Source: Eledone cirrhosa
Taxonomy: Eukaryota
Reading direction: 5' to 3'
NCBI GenBank assembly: GCA_964016885.1
Contig: OZ024742.1
Location: 338,520,001 to 338,584,000, forward strand
DNA: 64,000 bases
Below are positions 24,816 to 37,915 of the stretch, piece after piece. Within the stretch, counting starts at the first letter, position 1. Each line of letters opens with the position of its first letter. Both the position numbers and the translations under genes were made by a program. A model generated the notes under the pieces. That model was not told the origin of the DNA and ran no database searches. It saw only the letters and a program-made list of their open reading frames with translations.

Positions 24816-27484
24816 CCTCATAGTCAGGACGAGACGTACTCGACAGCAGAAGAGGACTATCCTCAGGAGAAAAATATGGAAGCTAAAGGACCCCACAGCC
24901 AGAAATAAATTTCAAAGCATATTACTTGATGCTTTCGACAGTAAGGAAGAGCATTTAGAGTCGGACAATATAGAGGGACAGTGGGAATTTCTGAAAGCAA
25001 ACCTGCTGATGGCGACAGACGAAGTCTGTGGCTGGAGCAGGCCTGTTGGCAGGAGGAGAGTAACACGGTGGTGGAACAGTAAGGTGGAGGGGTCAATTAA
25101 GGCCAAAAAGCAGGCTTGGAAAGTATGGCGGGATGGGGGAAGTAGAGAAGACTATCAAGTGGCCAGGAGGGAAGCTAGGAGACAAGTGTACTTCGCAAGA
25201 AGGGAAGCAGAGGAAAGAAAGTTCAAGCATGTTCTACAACGCGAGGACCAAAAACGTGAGGTGTTCAGGATTGCTAGGCAATATGTCAAGGAAAACCGTG
25301 ATATTGTCGGGGAGAAGTGTGTACTTAATGATGACGGCGTACTTGCCATCACCGACGCTGATAAGAAGGTAGCTTGGAAGTGTCACTATGAAAGGCTACT
25401 AAATGAGGAGAATAAATGGGAGAAAGACAGTCTCCCCCACATCGACCCAATAGAGGGACCAGCAGTGTTAGACGAGGGTAGTATAATAAGTAAGGCAATC
25501 AAGGATATGAAGACGGGTAAGGCGGCTGGTCCTTCGGAAATAGTTGCTGAGAGGCTGAAGGCATCTGGCACGGTGGGACACACCATGGTCACCCGGATAG
25601 TTAACCAAGTCGTACAGAATGGGGTTGTTCCGAAGGACTGGCATAGCAGCATCATCGTTAACTGTTATAAGGGTAAAGGAGATGCCCTAGATAGGAGTAA
25701 CTATAGAGGCATTAAATTAATCGACCAGGTCATGAAGGTCACGGAAAAAGTAATAGCGCAACTAATCAGAGAGAGAATTGACCTAGATGAAATGCAGTTC
25801 GGGTTTGTGTCAGGCAAAAGTACCACAGACGCTCTTTTCATTGTACGACAACTACAGGAGAAGTACCTAGCTAAAGGTAAACCCCTCTACTTAGCTTTTG
25901 TCGACTTGGAGAAAGCCTTCGACAGAGTCCCCCGTTCCATTATCTGGTGGGCCCTTAGAAAACTAGGTGTCGACGAATGGCTTGTGAGAGCTATACAAGC
26001 CATGTATAAAGAAACAGTCAGCAAGGTTAGAATTAACAACGAATATAGTGAAGAGTTTAGCGTAAAAGTTGGCGTCCATCAGGGCTCTGTTCTCAGCCCC
26101 CTACTATTTATTATTGCCCTTCAGGCTATAACAGAGGAGTTCAAGACCGGCTGCCCATGGGAACTCCTATACGCAGACGACCTGACACTCATAGCTGAAT
26201 CAATGGCCGAGCTAGAGAAGAAATTCCAAACATGGAAGCACGGCCTAGAATCAAAAGGCCTTAAAATTAACCCGGCTAAGACTAAAGTTCTAGTTTGTAG
26301 GAAAGAAAATAAGGCGGCGGTCCCTTCCGGGAAATGGCCATGCTCAGTGTGTAGGAAAGGCGTAGGTAGAAACTCCATTTTATGTCCCAAATGCAAAGTA
26401 TGGGTACATAAAAGATGTAGTGGGATCACAGGTAAGCTAACTAAGAACATAGATTTTACATGTGGGCGGTGCTCTGGTGCAATAAGTAGCAGCAAGTGCC
26501 CACAAAATACTAGCTCTTACAACTGCGCAGAGGGCTCTATAGAAATAGTGGACAGCTTCCGTTACCTGGGTGACAAAATCAGCAGTGGGGGAGGGTGCTC
26601 TGAAAGTACAGTAGCTAGAGTCAGAACTGGATGGAAAAAGTTCAGAGAGCTTATATCACTATTAGCCGCTAAAGGGTTCTCCCTAAAAATGAAAGGCAGG
26701 TTGTATGATGCCTGCATACGAACAGCAATGTTGCATGGCAGTGAGACCTGGGCATTGTGTGCAGAGGATATACGCAAACTAGAGAGGAACGAAGCTTGCA
26801 TGCTCCGCTGGATGTATGATAGTAATATACGTGAACGGCAAAGCATAAACGAACTAAGGAAAAAATTGGAAATAAGAGGGATCAGATGTTGTTTACTCGA
26901 GAGAAGGCTACGTTGGTATGGACACGTGATGCGCATGAAAGTCGATAGCTGTATAACAAAGTGCAGGGCAATAAAGATAGACGGTAGCCACGGAATAGGC
27001 AGACCTAGAAAAACCTGGGACGAGCTAATAAACTCCGACCTCATACACACCTCTCCAAGACAATGTCACTGGACCGAGACCTTTGGCGGTACTCAGTAAT
27101 AGAGAAGACCCGCCTTACCTAAATACATAGTAAAACCTACTACAGCCAGTAGGCATCTCTAACAAAATAAACCCCCCCCCCCTCCTATGTAAAGTTATGT
27201 TGGTGCCACACCATCCAGGCTGAAACAAATGAGATCGTGTAGGTGTCACGACAAAAAAACACACAGTCCACGCTGTAATGTGGCCGTGTAGGCAACACGG
27301 TAAAAACCTCCCAGACCCACACTGTAAATGTGGTTGGTGTTAGGAAGGGCATCCAGCCGTAGAAAACCTGCCAGACAGTCCTATGCGAGCAAGACAATCA
27401 CTCTTGCCTCAAGTGGGACTACCCCCGTCCAAACCCATGCAAGCGTGGAACACGGACGTTAAACGTTGATGATGATGATGATGA
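24816..27484 (+). mobile_element. Young 5'-truncated RTE LINE (linker, RT, PHD, 3'UTR, (GAT)n)
   Basis: Long open frame within ORF 24685-27099. Homology to the longer copy begins at 'cctcatagtcagg' (24816). The tail 'gacgttaaacgttgatgatgat' ends at ~27484. Confidence 0.95.
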
Positions 27485-27998
27485 TTTTATGGGCAAAACC
27501 AAACGGTAGAAGACCCAGGGATAAAACCCGAGCAAGATGGTTAGATAACATCCATGAGCTTGGCTGGAACAGTTGGAGATTGTTGCTTCCGACAGGACTC
27601 ATTGAAAGGAGTGCTTGAGGACACTGCCCCCCCCCCCCCCCCCCCCACAATCCCAATAAATTTTTGCACCAATAAAACATTAAGGGAACATCGCCAGTCC
27701 GGCCTCTTGGTGTTTTAATCAAACCAATATTTAACTCTGTTCCTGCACCAACCACAGGATTCAACATCAACGATGGACAAGTTGTGTAACGTAGAGTGCT
27801 TTTCCTACTATTACATCATGGTTAACTAAACGGAATTACCAGTTCTATCCAGTGGTGAACCACGAAACATAAATGAATATATATATAGTTCGAGAAATGC
27901 CAAGACAAACACTGATACAAAAACAGTCTTTGAGGAAAGATTTTTAATAGCTCTAACTTATTTTTTAACTTGTTCTGATTATCATTTCTTTTCAGATA

Positions 27999-28983
27999 AA
28001 TGATGACAGACAAGAAGCTGACTCAGCAAATGAAACGGCACGCTGTAATTGTTGCCTTAATATCAGAGCATATTAATTTAGATATTGCTTGCTTCCTGTA
28101 AGTTGCATAGTTGTTGGCAAACGGCTGGAAGCTGTTGACAGAAAATGCCTGCTAAGGAAGTCAGAACACCTCCAGAACAGAAATTTGTACAAAAGGTGCA
28201 GAATATTACCGATAAGAATTCCCAAAAGTCAATTAGTTCATTGTTAAGGAGCTCAAAATTTCAAAGCACACTATTGGAAGAATTGTGCATATGTGATGCT
28301 GTGAGGCTAATTTATGTCTGCAAAAACAAAAGATAACTTAGTTATCTATGCAAAACAGTTGTTGGGCAAGTGGAAATATCAAGAGCCTGGAATGCTTTGG
28401 CTTTTCTTTGATGAGAAAAATTTTGATCAGGACCAAAAGGTCAACTGAAGAAGTGACAGATGATTATGTAGAGACCCTAAAGATGTTCCAACGGTCATGC
28501 ACATAAAGTTCTGGCAACTGTGATGGTTCTGAGTGTTTTGAGCAACAAGAAAAATGTCATGTCTACTCACATCTTCCCTCGAGGCTTAAGTGTTAATGTT
28601 GCTGACTATAAAGGGGTCATGGAGAGATTTGTGAGGCCTTGGATTGAGACCGTGAGCAAAGGAAGTCTGAACACCTACCAACAAGACTCTGCACCATCTC
28701 ATAAGACCAATACTACTCCAAAATTGAGGAGTTACCATCTCCACAATCATGTCACCCCAAATATATGGCCTAGCTCCCTAGACCTGAATTTGTTGGACTA
28801 CTACGTATGGGGTGTAGTGAAGAGGGAAGCTAATCAACGCCCCCATAACACAATATGATCTCTGAAGTATGCCATGACTAACACATGTCCAAAATAGATA
28901 AAGATTATCTGGTTCAGTTATATCAACTTTTCAGACGTCGTATTGAAGCAGTCAACAATGCTTACGACAGATTTATTGAGTAG
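27999..28983 (+). pseudogene. Tc1/mariner-superfamily (maT/DD37D-like) transposase relic
   Basis: Motifs 'FFDEKNF', 'VMVLSV', 'YQQDSAPSHK' and 'WPSSLDLNLLDYYVWGVV', with stops and frameshifts. Confidence 0.8.
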
Positions 28984-30324
28984 ATGTGTCAAGAAAAGTC
29001 TCAAGATTATTCATAACATAAAATAAACCTCTTCTTTCATGACTTATGCGTGTTTTACTAAATTCATGTAAATGTCCCCAGAGAGCTGAGCAATACCAAT
29101 GCATTCAACACAAGAAAACTCCCCACCCCCTTCAAAAAAAAAAAAAAGAAGAGAAAACCAAAAATGCAGCAGAACAACAAAAACAACAAATTCTAACACA
29201 ATCCTCCCACATCAACTTCACAACAGTTGTTTGAAAGAGCAGCTGAGGAGATGAATAACTATAAGAAAGAAACAAAAGGGATCATCTTTAATAAACTCAA
29301 AAATAAAACATCATTTGACACTCTTAGTTCGAACTGATGCTAAAACATAAAATATTAAAGTCCAAATTACTCAGGGATGTAGGGCCTTTCAGCTTAACCT
29401 TTTAGCAGTTAAACTGGCCATATCTGGTCAGGATTTTCTCACCTCTTTCTATTGAAACTGACTGCTCATACTTATGTTAACCCTTTAGCATTTACTATTG
29501 TATTTTCATGGTAAAGGCTTTATCTTACATATTTATCTCCCGTATCGAATTGATGGGATTTTGATATAATTTATTTTGAGAACAATACCTTAACATCAGT
29601 ATGAGCGGCTGGTTTGAACAGAAAGAGGTGAGAGAATTCTGGCTAAATAAGGCTGGTTTAAATGTTAAAGGATTAAGATATTGTTCTCAAAATAGATAAT
29701 ATAAAAATCTCAGATTTGATATTACGTGAGATAAAGTGTTTACTTTGAAAATACAATAGTAAATATAGAGTAATGGAAATGGTAACGGGTTAAACCTCAA
29801 CAAATAAGTTCCTGGAAAGTCATTTTCATCCAAAGAGAAGACTGAATCAACTGGAGGTTTCTCAAAGCCCAAGGTGAGTGACCTCTTCCCCTTTTTTGTT
29901 GAACATGGCTACATACAGAGTAGCAAGTATAAATTTACATGACCTGGGGTCAGCATGGAAGCAAGGTCACTTGCAGAATGATCTCAGATCGTAAGATATA
30001 GATGTAGTTGCTGTCAGTGAGACCATAATTTCTCACCCACATTTTTGATGACTATGAGGCGTTCACATCTGATGATCTGTTGGGAGGAGAGGAAGAGGTG
30101 AGGCGGCAGTACCCATCAAAATTAATAGATAACAGAATAGAATGTGCCAAAGCAATAGATATCCAAGAACTACAAAGAACAAAAGACACTTTAGATACAA
30201 CCAATGCACCCTTCATCCCAACACAACCCAAGAAATACAGAAGCATACATCATTATCCACCAGAACATTCCACTATTAAGATATAGCCCTAGAATGAAAA
30301 AAACACTTGAAATACACAAAAACA

Positions 30325-30490
30325 ATTTCTACTTTTGGCACAAGGCCAGCAATTTTATAGGGAAGGGGAAAGTCGATTAAATTGACTCGAATGCATTACT
30401 GGTACTTTATTTTATTGATCCCGTAAGGATGAAAGGCAAAGCTAAACTTGGTGAGATTTGAATGTAAAGGGTAGTAACTTTATGCTGACC
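30325..30490 (-). mobile_element. tRNA-derived SINE (same family as 36343)
   Basis: ttctacttttggcacaaggccagc...gtaaggatgaaaggcaaagctaaacttgg. Confidence 0.8.
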
Positions 30491-30709
30491 AATGCTCTAT
30501 CAACAACCAAAATCCTTTAAAAAAACCGCTCATCAGTGCCAAATTACCCTAAAAAAAACCAACACCAACAGTGAAAAAGTGTGATCCTCCTAATTGCAGG
30601 ACTTTCATCAACATTATACACATTTAAATAAACATTTTTATTGTAAAAAATAATTTCACCTGTTCATTGAAAAAATTAATATATGCTATTAAGGAAGACT
30701 ATATACAAA

Positions 30710-32564
30710 AAGGGTAAAGGGGATGCTCTAGATAGGGGAAACTATAGAGGCATTAAGTTAGTTGACCAGGTCATGAAGGTCACAGAGTTATAGCGCAACT
30801 AATCAGAGCGAATTGATCTAGATGAAATGCAGTTTGGGTTTGTGTCAGGTAAAAGTACCACAGACGCTCTTTTCCTTGTACGACAACTACAAGAGAAGTA
30901 CCTAGCTAAAAGTAAACCCCTCTACTTAGCTTTTGTAGACCTGGAGAAAGCTTTTGACAGAGTCCCCTGCTCCATTATCTAGTGGGCTCTTAGAAAACTA
31001 GGTGTAGATGAATGGCTTGTGAGACCTATACAAGCTATGTATAAAGAAACAGTCAGCAAGGTTAGAATTAATAATGAATATTGTGAAGAATTTAGTGTAA
31101 AAGTTGGCGTTCATCAAGGCTCTGTCCTTAGCCCCCTCTTATTTATTATTGCCCGTCAGGCTTTAACAGAGGAGTTCAAGACTGGCTGCCCATGGGAACT
31201 CCTATACGCAGATGATCTAACGCTCATAGCTGAATCAATGGCTGAACTAGAGAACAAATTCCAAACATGGAAGCATGGCCTAGAATCAAAAGGCCTTAAA
31301 ATTAACTTGTCTAAGACTAAAGTCCTAGTTTGTAGAAAGGAAAATAAGGCACAGGTACCCTCAGGGAAATGGCCTTGCTCAGTGTGTAGGAAAGGAGTAG
31401 GCAGAAATTCAATTTTATGTCCCAAATGCAAAGTATGGGTACATAAAAGATGTAGTGGGATCACAGGTAAACTATCTAAGAACGTAGACTTTATATGTGG
31501 CCGATGCTCAGATGCAATAGGTAGCAAGTGTCCACAGGATACTAGCCCCTTCTATTGCCCAGATGGTTCTATAGAAATAGTAGACACTTTCCGTTACCTG
31601 GGTGACAAAATCAGCAGTGGTGGAGGGTGTTCTGAAAGTACAGTAGCCAGAGTCAGAACGGGATGGAAAAGTTCAGAGAGCTTATACCGCTGTTGGCCAC
31701 AAAAGGTTTCTCTCTAAAAATGAAAGGCAGATTGTATGATGCTTGTATACGAACAGCAATGCTACATGGCAGTGAGACATGGGCATTGCGTGCAGATGAC
31801 CTGCGTAGACTGGAAAGGAACACTGCATGCATGCTCCGTTGGATGTGTAATAGTAATATACGTGAACATAAATGAACTAAGTGAGAAATTAGGAATAAGA
31901 GGGATCAGATGCTGTTTACTTGAAAGAAGACTACGTTGGTATGGCCACGTGATGTGCATGAAAGACGACAGCTGTATAAAAAAGTGCAGGGCAATCAAAA
32001 TTGATGGTAGTTACGGAGTAGGTAGACCCAGAAAAACCTGGGACGATCTGATAAATTCCGACCTTACACACTTGCACCTCTCTAAGACAATGTCACTGGA
32101 CCGAGATCTTTGGCGCTACGCAGTAATACAGATGACCCGCTTTGCTTATGTACAAAGCGAAACCTACAGTCAGTAGGCACCTCTTAACCAAATATACACC
32201 CCAATCCACTACCCCTACCCTATCCTCCCACTCCCACCAACACCACCCTCTCTCTATAAAGTTGGTACCACAACATCCAGTCCAAATAAATGAGATCGAG
32301 ATCGTGTAGGTGTCACGAGAAAAAACACACAGTCCACGCTGTAATGTGGCCGTGTAGGTAACACGGTAAAAAGTTCCCAGTTCCACACTGTAAATGTGGT
32401 TGGTGTTAGGAAGGGCATCCAGCCGTAGAAAACCTGCCAGATAGTCCTATATGAGCGAGACTCGGTCACCCGACCAACATTGCCTCAAGTGGGACAAGTC
32501 CCGTCTAACCCATGCTAGCGTGGAAAGTGGACGTTAAACGGGGATGAGGATGATGATGATGATG
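30710..32564 (+). mobile_element. 5'-truncated RTE LINE, pseudogenised
   Basis: RT/PHD ORF pieces at 31019-31717, 31663-31875 and 31736-32176; (GAT)n tail. Confidence 0.95.
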
Positions 32565-34047
32565 AAACCCTCCAGAAATAGAATGACAATTCATTGTCAA
32601 TAAATACAAGACCCCAGCATTAGACAAATTCCACTGAATGGGTATTTAGATTTATGTGCAACAAATTTGTCCCCCAAATAACAAATCTTCCCACTTTACT
32701 TTTGTTCAGAAAATACCACAGATCAAACACAAATAAATAAATAAAATATCATCATCATTTTTATGTCCATTTTCCCATGCTAGCATAGGTTGGCTGGGTC
32801 CTCTCAGCATGGTATATCTCTACTTGCATTCCTTTGTCGTCTCTTCTGTGAGTCTCAGTGATTTGAGGTCAGCTCTCACCACCTCTGTCAGGTCTTTTTA
32901 GGACTACCTCTACTGTGGCTTCCTTCAACTGGCATTTCCAGGTACATCTTCACCCAGTGGTCATTGTCTATTTATACAAAAATGCAAACTTTAACAAAGT
33001 ACATTCCCTATAATTCAGGGGTGTGCATGTCATTTTTTTGCTTTCTGACATTTTTGTTATTCTTATTATCATATAGATTATTCCTTTGCTTTGACTAAAG
33101 AAATAATTCTGCTGTGTTAACCTGCATCCTTCCACACTACTGTTTAGTAACTAAGGAACAAATTTATGTCTATGACTGTTGCAAGGGAGGAAGGAAGATA
33201 TCTTTAAACTGGGGACACAGTCAGAATGTTTGCAGCATAGAGGACTTTGCTAATGACCTCATTTCATTTTTACTGTCATATTTAGTCAGGCTCACACCTG
33301 ACTGATTCACATACAATAGTGAGTTGGCGGCCGGGGTGGGGGGGTGTATTCCTGGTGACTGGAGGATTAAGGTAGAAAGTAAACTGAAAGAGAGAGAGAG
33401 ATTGGACAATAAAACAATATTTGAATGGAAAAAGAAAATAAAAAACAGATCTCAATTGACAGAGATAGAGTGAGAAAGGGAAAGTGTAAGAGAGAGATAG
33501 GAAGAAAACAAGAAAATGTTTGTTAAAAGGAACGAACAGAGATAAATTTTGAAAATCTTTGACCTAGTTTTTTTCATATCTGATTCTCGTCTCATTACTA
33601 GGTATGGTGGTGTTGGTACTGTTAGTAGTAGTGGTGGTGGTGGTGGTGGTGGGGGGGGGGGGGGGTAGTGGTGGTAAAAACTTCAATTTAACTGAAAAAA
33701 ATGCAGTTAAATGACCTATATTTTAAAAAGTTACATGTAACACCTTTCAATTGTTTGATCAAATTATAGAGGGTGGTTTGAAATATGACGGGGAGGCACA
33801 TTATTCGAGTCTTAAGAGCTCCCAATTTGTGTATCAACCTTATATTCCAAACACCAGCTTGATAATTACTAAATGCCTTCAAATTCTGAATTATTTTTAT
33901 CTAAACATCGTAAATAATCACACTAATTAAACAAATTATATTTCATTAAGTCACTTAATTAGCCAAGAAACATCATTTGTGTTATGGTTAGGGTGTATGC
34001 AGTCAAATATACTTTGGGACAGTGACTTTCATTATCCTTGACTATAA

Positions 34048-34200
34048 TAATTGTTTCTACGTTAGGCACAAGGCCAGCAATTACCCAGTGTATTACTGGT
34101 ACTTTATTTTATCGACCCCGTAAGGATGAAAGGCAAAGTTAACCTCAGCAGGATTTGAACTCAGAATAATAATAATGATTTCTAAATTAGGCACAAGGCC
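34048..34200 (-). mobile_element. tRNA-derived SINE fragments (tandem)
   Basis: ttgtttctacgttaggcacaaggccagcaattacccagtg...ggatttgaactcag, followed by the start of a second tail. Confidence 0.8.
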
Positions 34201-35118
34201 AGGGGTGAGTGGGGGAGACAAATATACTGACCCCCACATATAGTTTGAAAACAGAGTGATGTGTTAGTTAAGCTTGATGTGTATAAGTAAGAACTAAAAT
34301 ATGAGCTGATATTTTGTGGCTTCGTCAAGTCAAAAGTTCAAATGTCAACAATTATTCTTATATATCACATTCTATCTCAGTGTACATTGAGATGTTTAAT
34401 CATGATTGTATGTGATAAGATAAAAACTAGGTTATCACCAGTAGTTAGGTAAGATAAACTAAGCAAAAGAATTCCAAGACAGTAGTGATGGTTTCAGGCA
34501 CCAGTTAGGAATTATAGACACTCCATAAGTAGAATACACAGAAAGTGTGGTTGTGTAGTTATGGAGTTTCCTGGCTTCAGGTTCAGTACCACTGAATGGC
34601 AACTTGGGCATAACAGATTAAATTTTAAGCAAAGAATCGCTGCTTACACTCTTAACGGGATCTTATATATTTGATATATATTTGTCCTTATCGAGCCCTC
34701 TTTGGCTTTTAGTCTTCACAATTATTATTATTACTATATATATATATATATATATATGGGATAACAAATTATCATTATAGGTAATCAAGTTAGAGGTTGT
34801 GAATACTCCGTATTGTGGATAGGTTTAGCGTAAGGCGTTGTTTGACAACTTAATCAATGAAACAATTATTAATACTGTAAATAAAACCCTTTTTGTACAG
34901 CCGACCATGTTATTCTTCACTCTCTCACTATATATATATATATAAGTATTGAAGTTTCCGTTGAAAATTGAAAAAGTCATAGGAGTGAAGAGTGCTCTAT
35001 GTAAGTTACAGATCTAAATTTAATGTATAATAAACAATACAATGTAATTACCTCATTACCAAAGGTTTCCCGAATAAGACGAATACAAGAAACATCCTCA
35101 TTCGTTCGTCAGACAAGG

Positions 35119-35199
35119 CAATTTGTCTGACGAACGAATGAGGACGTTTCTTGTATTCGTCTTATTCGGGAAACCTCTGGTAATGAGGTAATTAAATTG
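35119..35199 (+). ncRNA. Type I hammerhead ribozyme (family B), mirrored on the minus strand at ~35040-35116
   Basis: Stem I caatttgt/at(t)aaattg, CTGACGA (35127-35133), stem II cgaatgaggacg/cgtcttattcg, GAAA (35170-35173), stem III cctc/gagg, GUA triplet. Confidence 0.8.
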
Positions 35200-35214
35200 T
35201 ATTGTTTATTATAC

Positions 35215-35247
<33 letters not shown>

Positions 35248-35874
35248 AATTAAAAAACGGAGTTACAAACTCATATTAATCCCCTATAATTTAGAGAGCT
35301 CAAGGAATCCAGGCTCTTTATAAATCAACATATAGAGAGAAGTACCAATAGAGATATGTGTTCAATCATAGGGGATCAAAAACCACCAGAGTGACAAACA
35401 TATTACCTACGGAAGGAATGGTGAATATAAATAAATAAAAAGAATATATTAAGTATACTAACCATTCGATTATAACAATAACATCCAGACATGCTCAAAT
35501 AAGAGTTTGTTTCGCTATAAGTGAAGAATCCATATTGTAGATGTAGCTCATTGGCAGGCCCTAGCAACAAGACGAAGAGATTTTAATCTTGAAATATCAG
35601 GAAATTCTAGGATTTTATAAAATAACCTTCCTGCTCCCTCCTATTCTTCACCCCCCCCCCCTATATATCGTATATACGCCTGCAGGTTCTCTCTCACCCC
35701 ATCCCTCTCTCTCCAAATCTCCTTATAATATATAACCAGCAATTTCTCTGTGTCTGTCCGACAGTGGAAACACGTGCGCGCGTGTGAATGTTTTTTGCGC
35801 ACGCGTAGAGAGAGAGTGAGAGAGTGAGAGTGAAAGAAAGAGACAGACTACGAGAGGGGGGAATTGAGGAGTGC

Positions 35875-35979
35875 TACAGAAACATATATACATTTCTGTG
35901 TGTGTGTAATATATATATATATAGACACACAGAAATATATATATACACACAGAAATATATATACATTTCTGTGTGTGTA

Positions 35980-36010
<31 letters not shown>

Positions 36011-36100
36011 CAGGAATATATATATATTTCTGTGTGTATATATATATATATATTACACACACAGAAATGTATATATATATACACACAGAAATATATATAC
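35875..36100. repeat. Palindromic-unit microsatellite (acacacagaaat-atatatac-atttctgtgtgt); second block at 36652-36810
   Basis: Repeated self-complementary units separated by (TA)n. Confidence 0.85.
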
Positions 36101-36342
36101 ATCCCTTAGCTACTGTACTGTATCTGTTGCTATCTCTCTCTCTCTCAAGCTATCCCTCTCTTTTAGTCTGTCTGTTTCTCTCACTCTCACTCTTTCTCTT
36201 TGTAACACACTAACATTCCTCCCCTCTATCGCTGTGACGAATGGGGAGATGGAGGAGGAGGAGGAGGAGAGAGTCACTTCGTCACTTCACCTCTGCCTTT
36301 CTTTCTCTCCCCTCTCACTCCCTCATTACGTACAGACATTAG

Positions 36343-36535
36343 GGCGGTGGATTGGCAGAATCTGTAGAGAGTCGGACACCATGCTTCATAGCATGGAGTT
36401 ACGTCCCTTTACGGTCTGAGTTCAAATACCGCCGAGGTTAACTTTGCCTTTCATCCTCACGGGGTCGATAAAATAAAGTACCAGTAATGTACTGGGTAAT
36501 TGCTGGCCTTGTGCCAAAAGTAGAAACAATTATTA
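36343..36535 (+). mobile_element. Full-length tRNA-derived SINE
   Basis: 5' GGCGGTGG, A-box-like TGGCAGAATCTG, B-box GAGTTCAAATAC, body shared with 1496, 30325, 34048 and 49740, tail 'gaaacaattatta'. Confidence 0.85.
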
Positions 36536-36699
36536 GAAACATTGCTTCATTTTTACATATCTAAGCATTAGTAAAATAACTAATAATTTCAAAAGTAATT
36601 TTTCAATTCCAATTGTTATGAACAGCAAAACATTAATAATAATTTTGTTCTAAGAAATATATATATACACACAGAAATATATATACATTTCTGTGTGTG

Positions 36700-36736
<37 letters not shown>

Positions 36737-37338
36737 GAAATATATATACATTTCTGTGTGTGTAATATATATATATATATATACACACACACAGAAATAT
36801 ATGGGCATTTCTCTGTTTGTCTGTCTGTCTGTCCTTCCCTAAAACTCAAATGTAGGTGCTACAGAAATATTACCTTCCCCTTCCTTTCTCCACTTTGGTA
36901 CTACCAAGAGAAACACTGTCGCTATAGAAACATTACCTTCCCCTCTCCACTGACTTTGGTCACCGAGGCCGAGGGAATCGCTGGTTGCTATAGAGACACC
37001 TTGCACAAGCCAGAAGTAACCAGTTCGAGGCGGTTCTGACTTGACACCATGCCAAGGACCATTTGAAGATATATTTCCATCCTTATATCATAACGTTTAT
37101 GTATCATAACGTTTATATTTCCGTCACTAATCTCTTTTTTTCCTTTTTCGTTTTAACATATATTTATTTCAAAGATTTCCCCGTATAGATAACATATATA
37201 TTTATACATGCATAAAAGACACACCGAGAGACGGTGAACATGTTGTGCCGAAAACATTTCTCATCCAAATCTCGACAATATCAGTATATACACTAGATTT
37301 GCTAGCAGAAAACCGCCCACCGGGTGGTTTTCTGCTAG

Positions 37339-37915
37339 TCTCTATATATAAAACTGAGGATATCTGTCTGTGTGTGTGAGTGAGTTTGAATCCTTAAAAC
37401 TAGAGAAGCACCCAACCGACTGTTTTCAAACTTTACACATGTAATATTTAAGTTTCAGGGAGTGTTCTGAGCAAAAGAAATGTCAAATTTTCAATGCCGT
37501 AGGGACCGCATTAAGCGATCTCTCTATATAATTCTTAGTATTCTCTTTTTAGATAGATACATACATATAACGTCGCGCCCTTATAATATCTGTCTGTATG
37601 TCTAGCTGTCTGCATTACGTCACTTCCTACAATTCGCTCTGCGTCCAAAACACACCCTTATAATATTTGTCTGGCTGTCTGCTACATCCGGTTATTCTGC
37701 CACCCTTGCTCAAGACAAATCTCACACTCATTCCCCAAACAGTTGGTCAGTGCACATAACTTCTTCCTCACGTTTTAAGCCACAGTGTTGCTTACTTACG
37801 TACCACCAGACCCTTACTTCTTTGCCAGCTGTGGTTGTGACAATACTAAGCTTAGCTAAGGCGGTTATATATTTCACAATACCTTATCCTGTGCAACGCC
37901 GGGTACCACTGCTAG
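37339..37915 (+). mobile_element. Non-autonomous Helitron
   Basis: 5' 'TCtctatatataaaactgaggatatctgtctgtgtgtg'; 3' hairpin 'cctgtgcaacgccggg' followed by CTAG (37912-37915) and then T. Confidence 0.7.

Larger units (their letters stand above)
30105..32750 (+). mobile_element. Degenerate Penelope-like element (thumb/linker + GIY-YIG) interrupted by a SINE (30325-30490) and an RTE (30710-32564)
   Basis: 'YPSKLID..IE.AK.I...EL' at 30105-30280, 'KNNFTCSLKKLIYAI' at ~30645-30690, and 'RNRMTIH..QI.DP.IRQIPL' resuming after 32565. Confidence 0.6.

Noticed and set aside
35500-35560. HHR-like remnant (CCAATGA...GAAAC, minus strand); similar weak motifs at ~37225-37260 and ~59030-59065
   Set aside because: The cores carry multiple substitutions and the stems are unconvincing.
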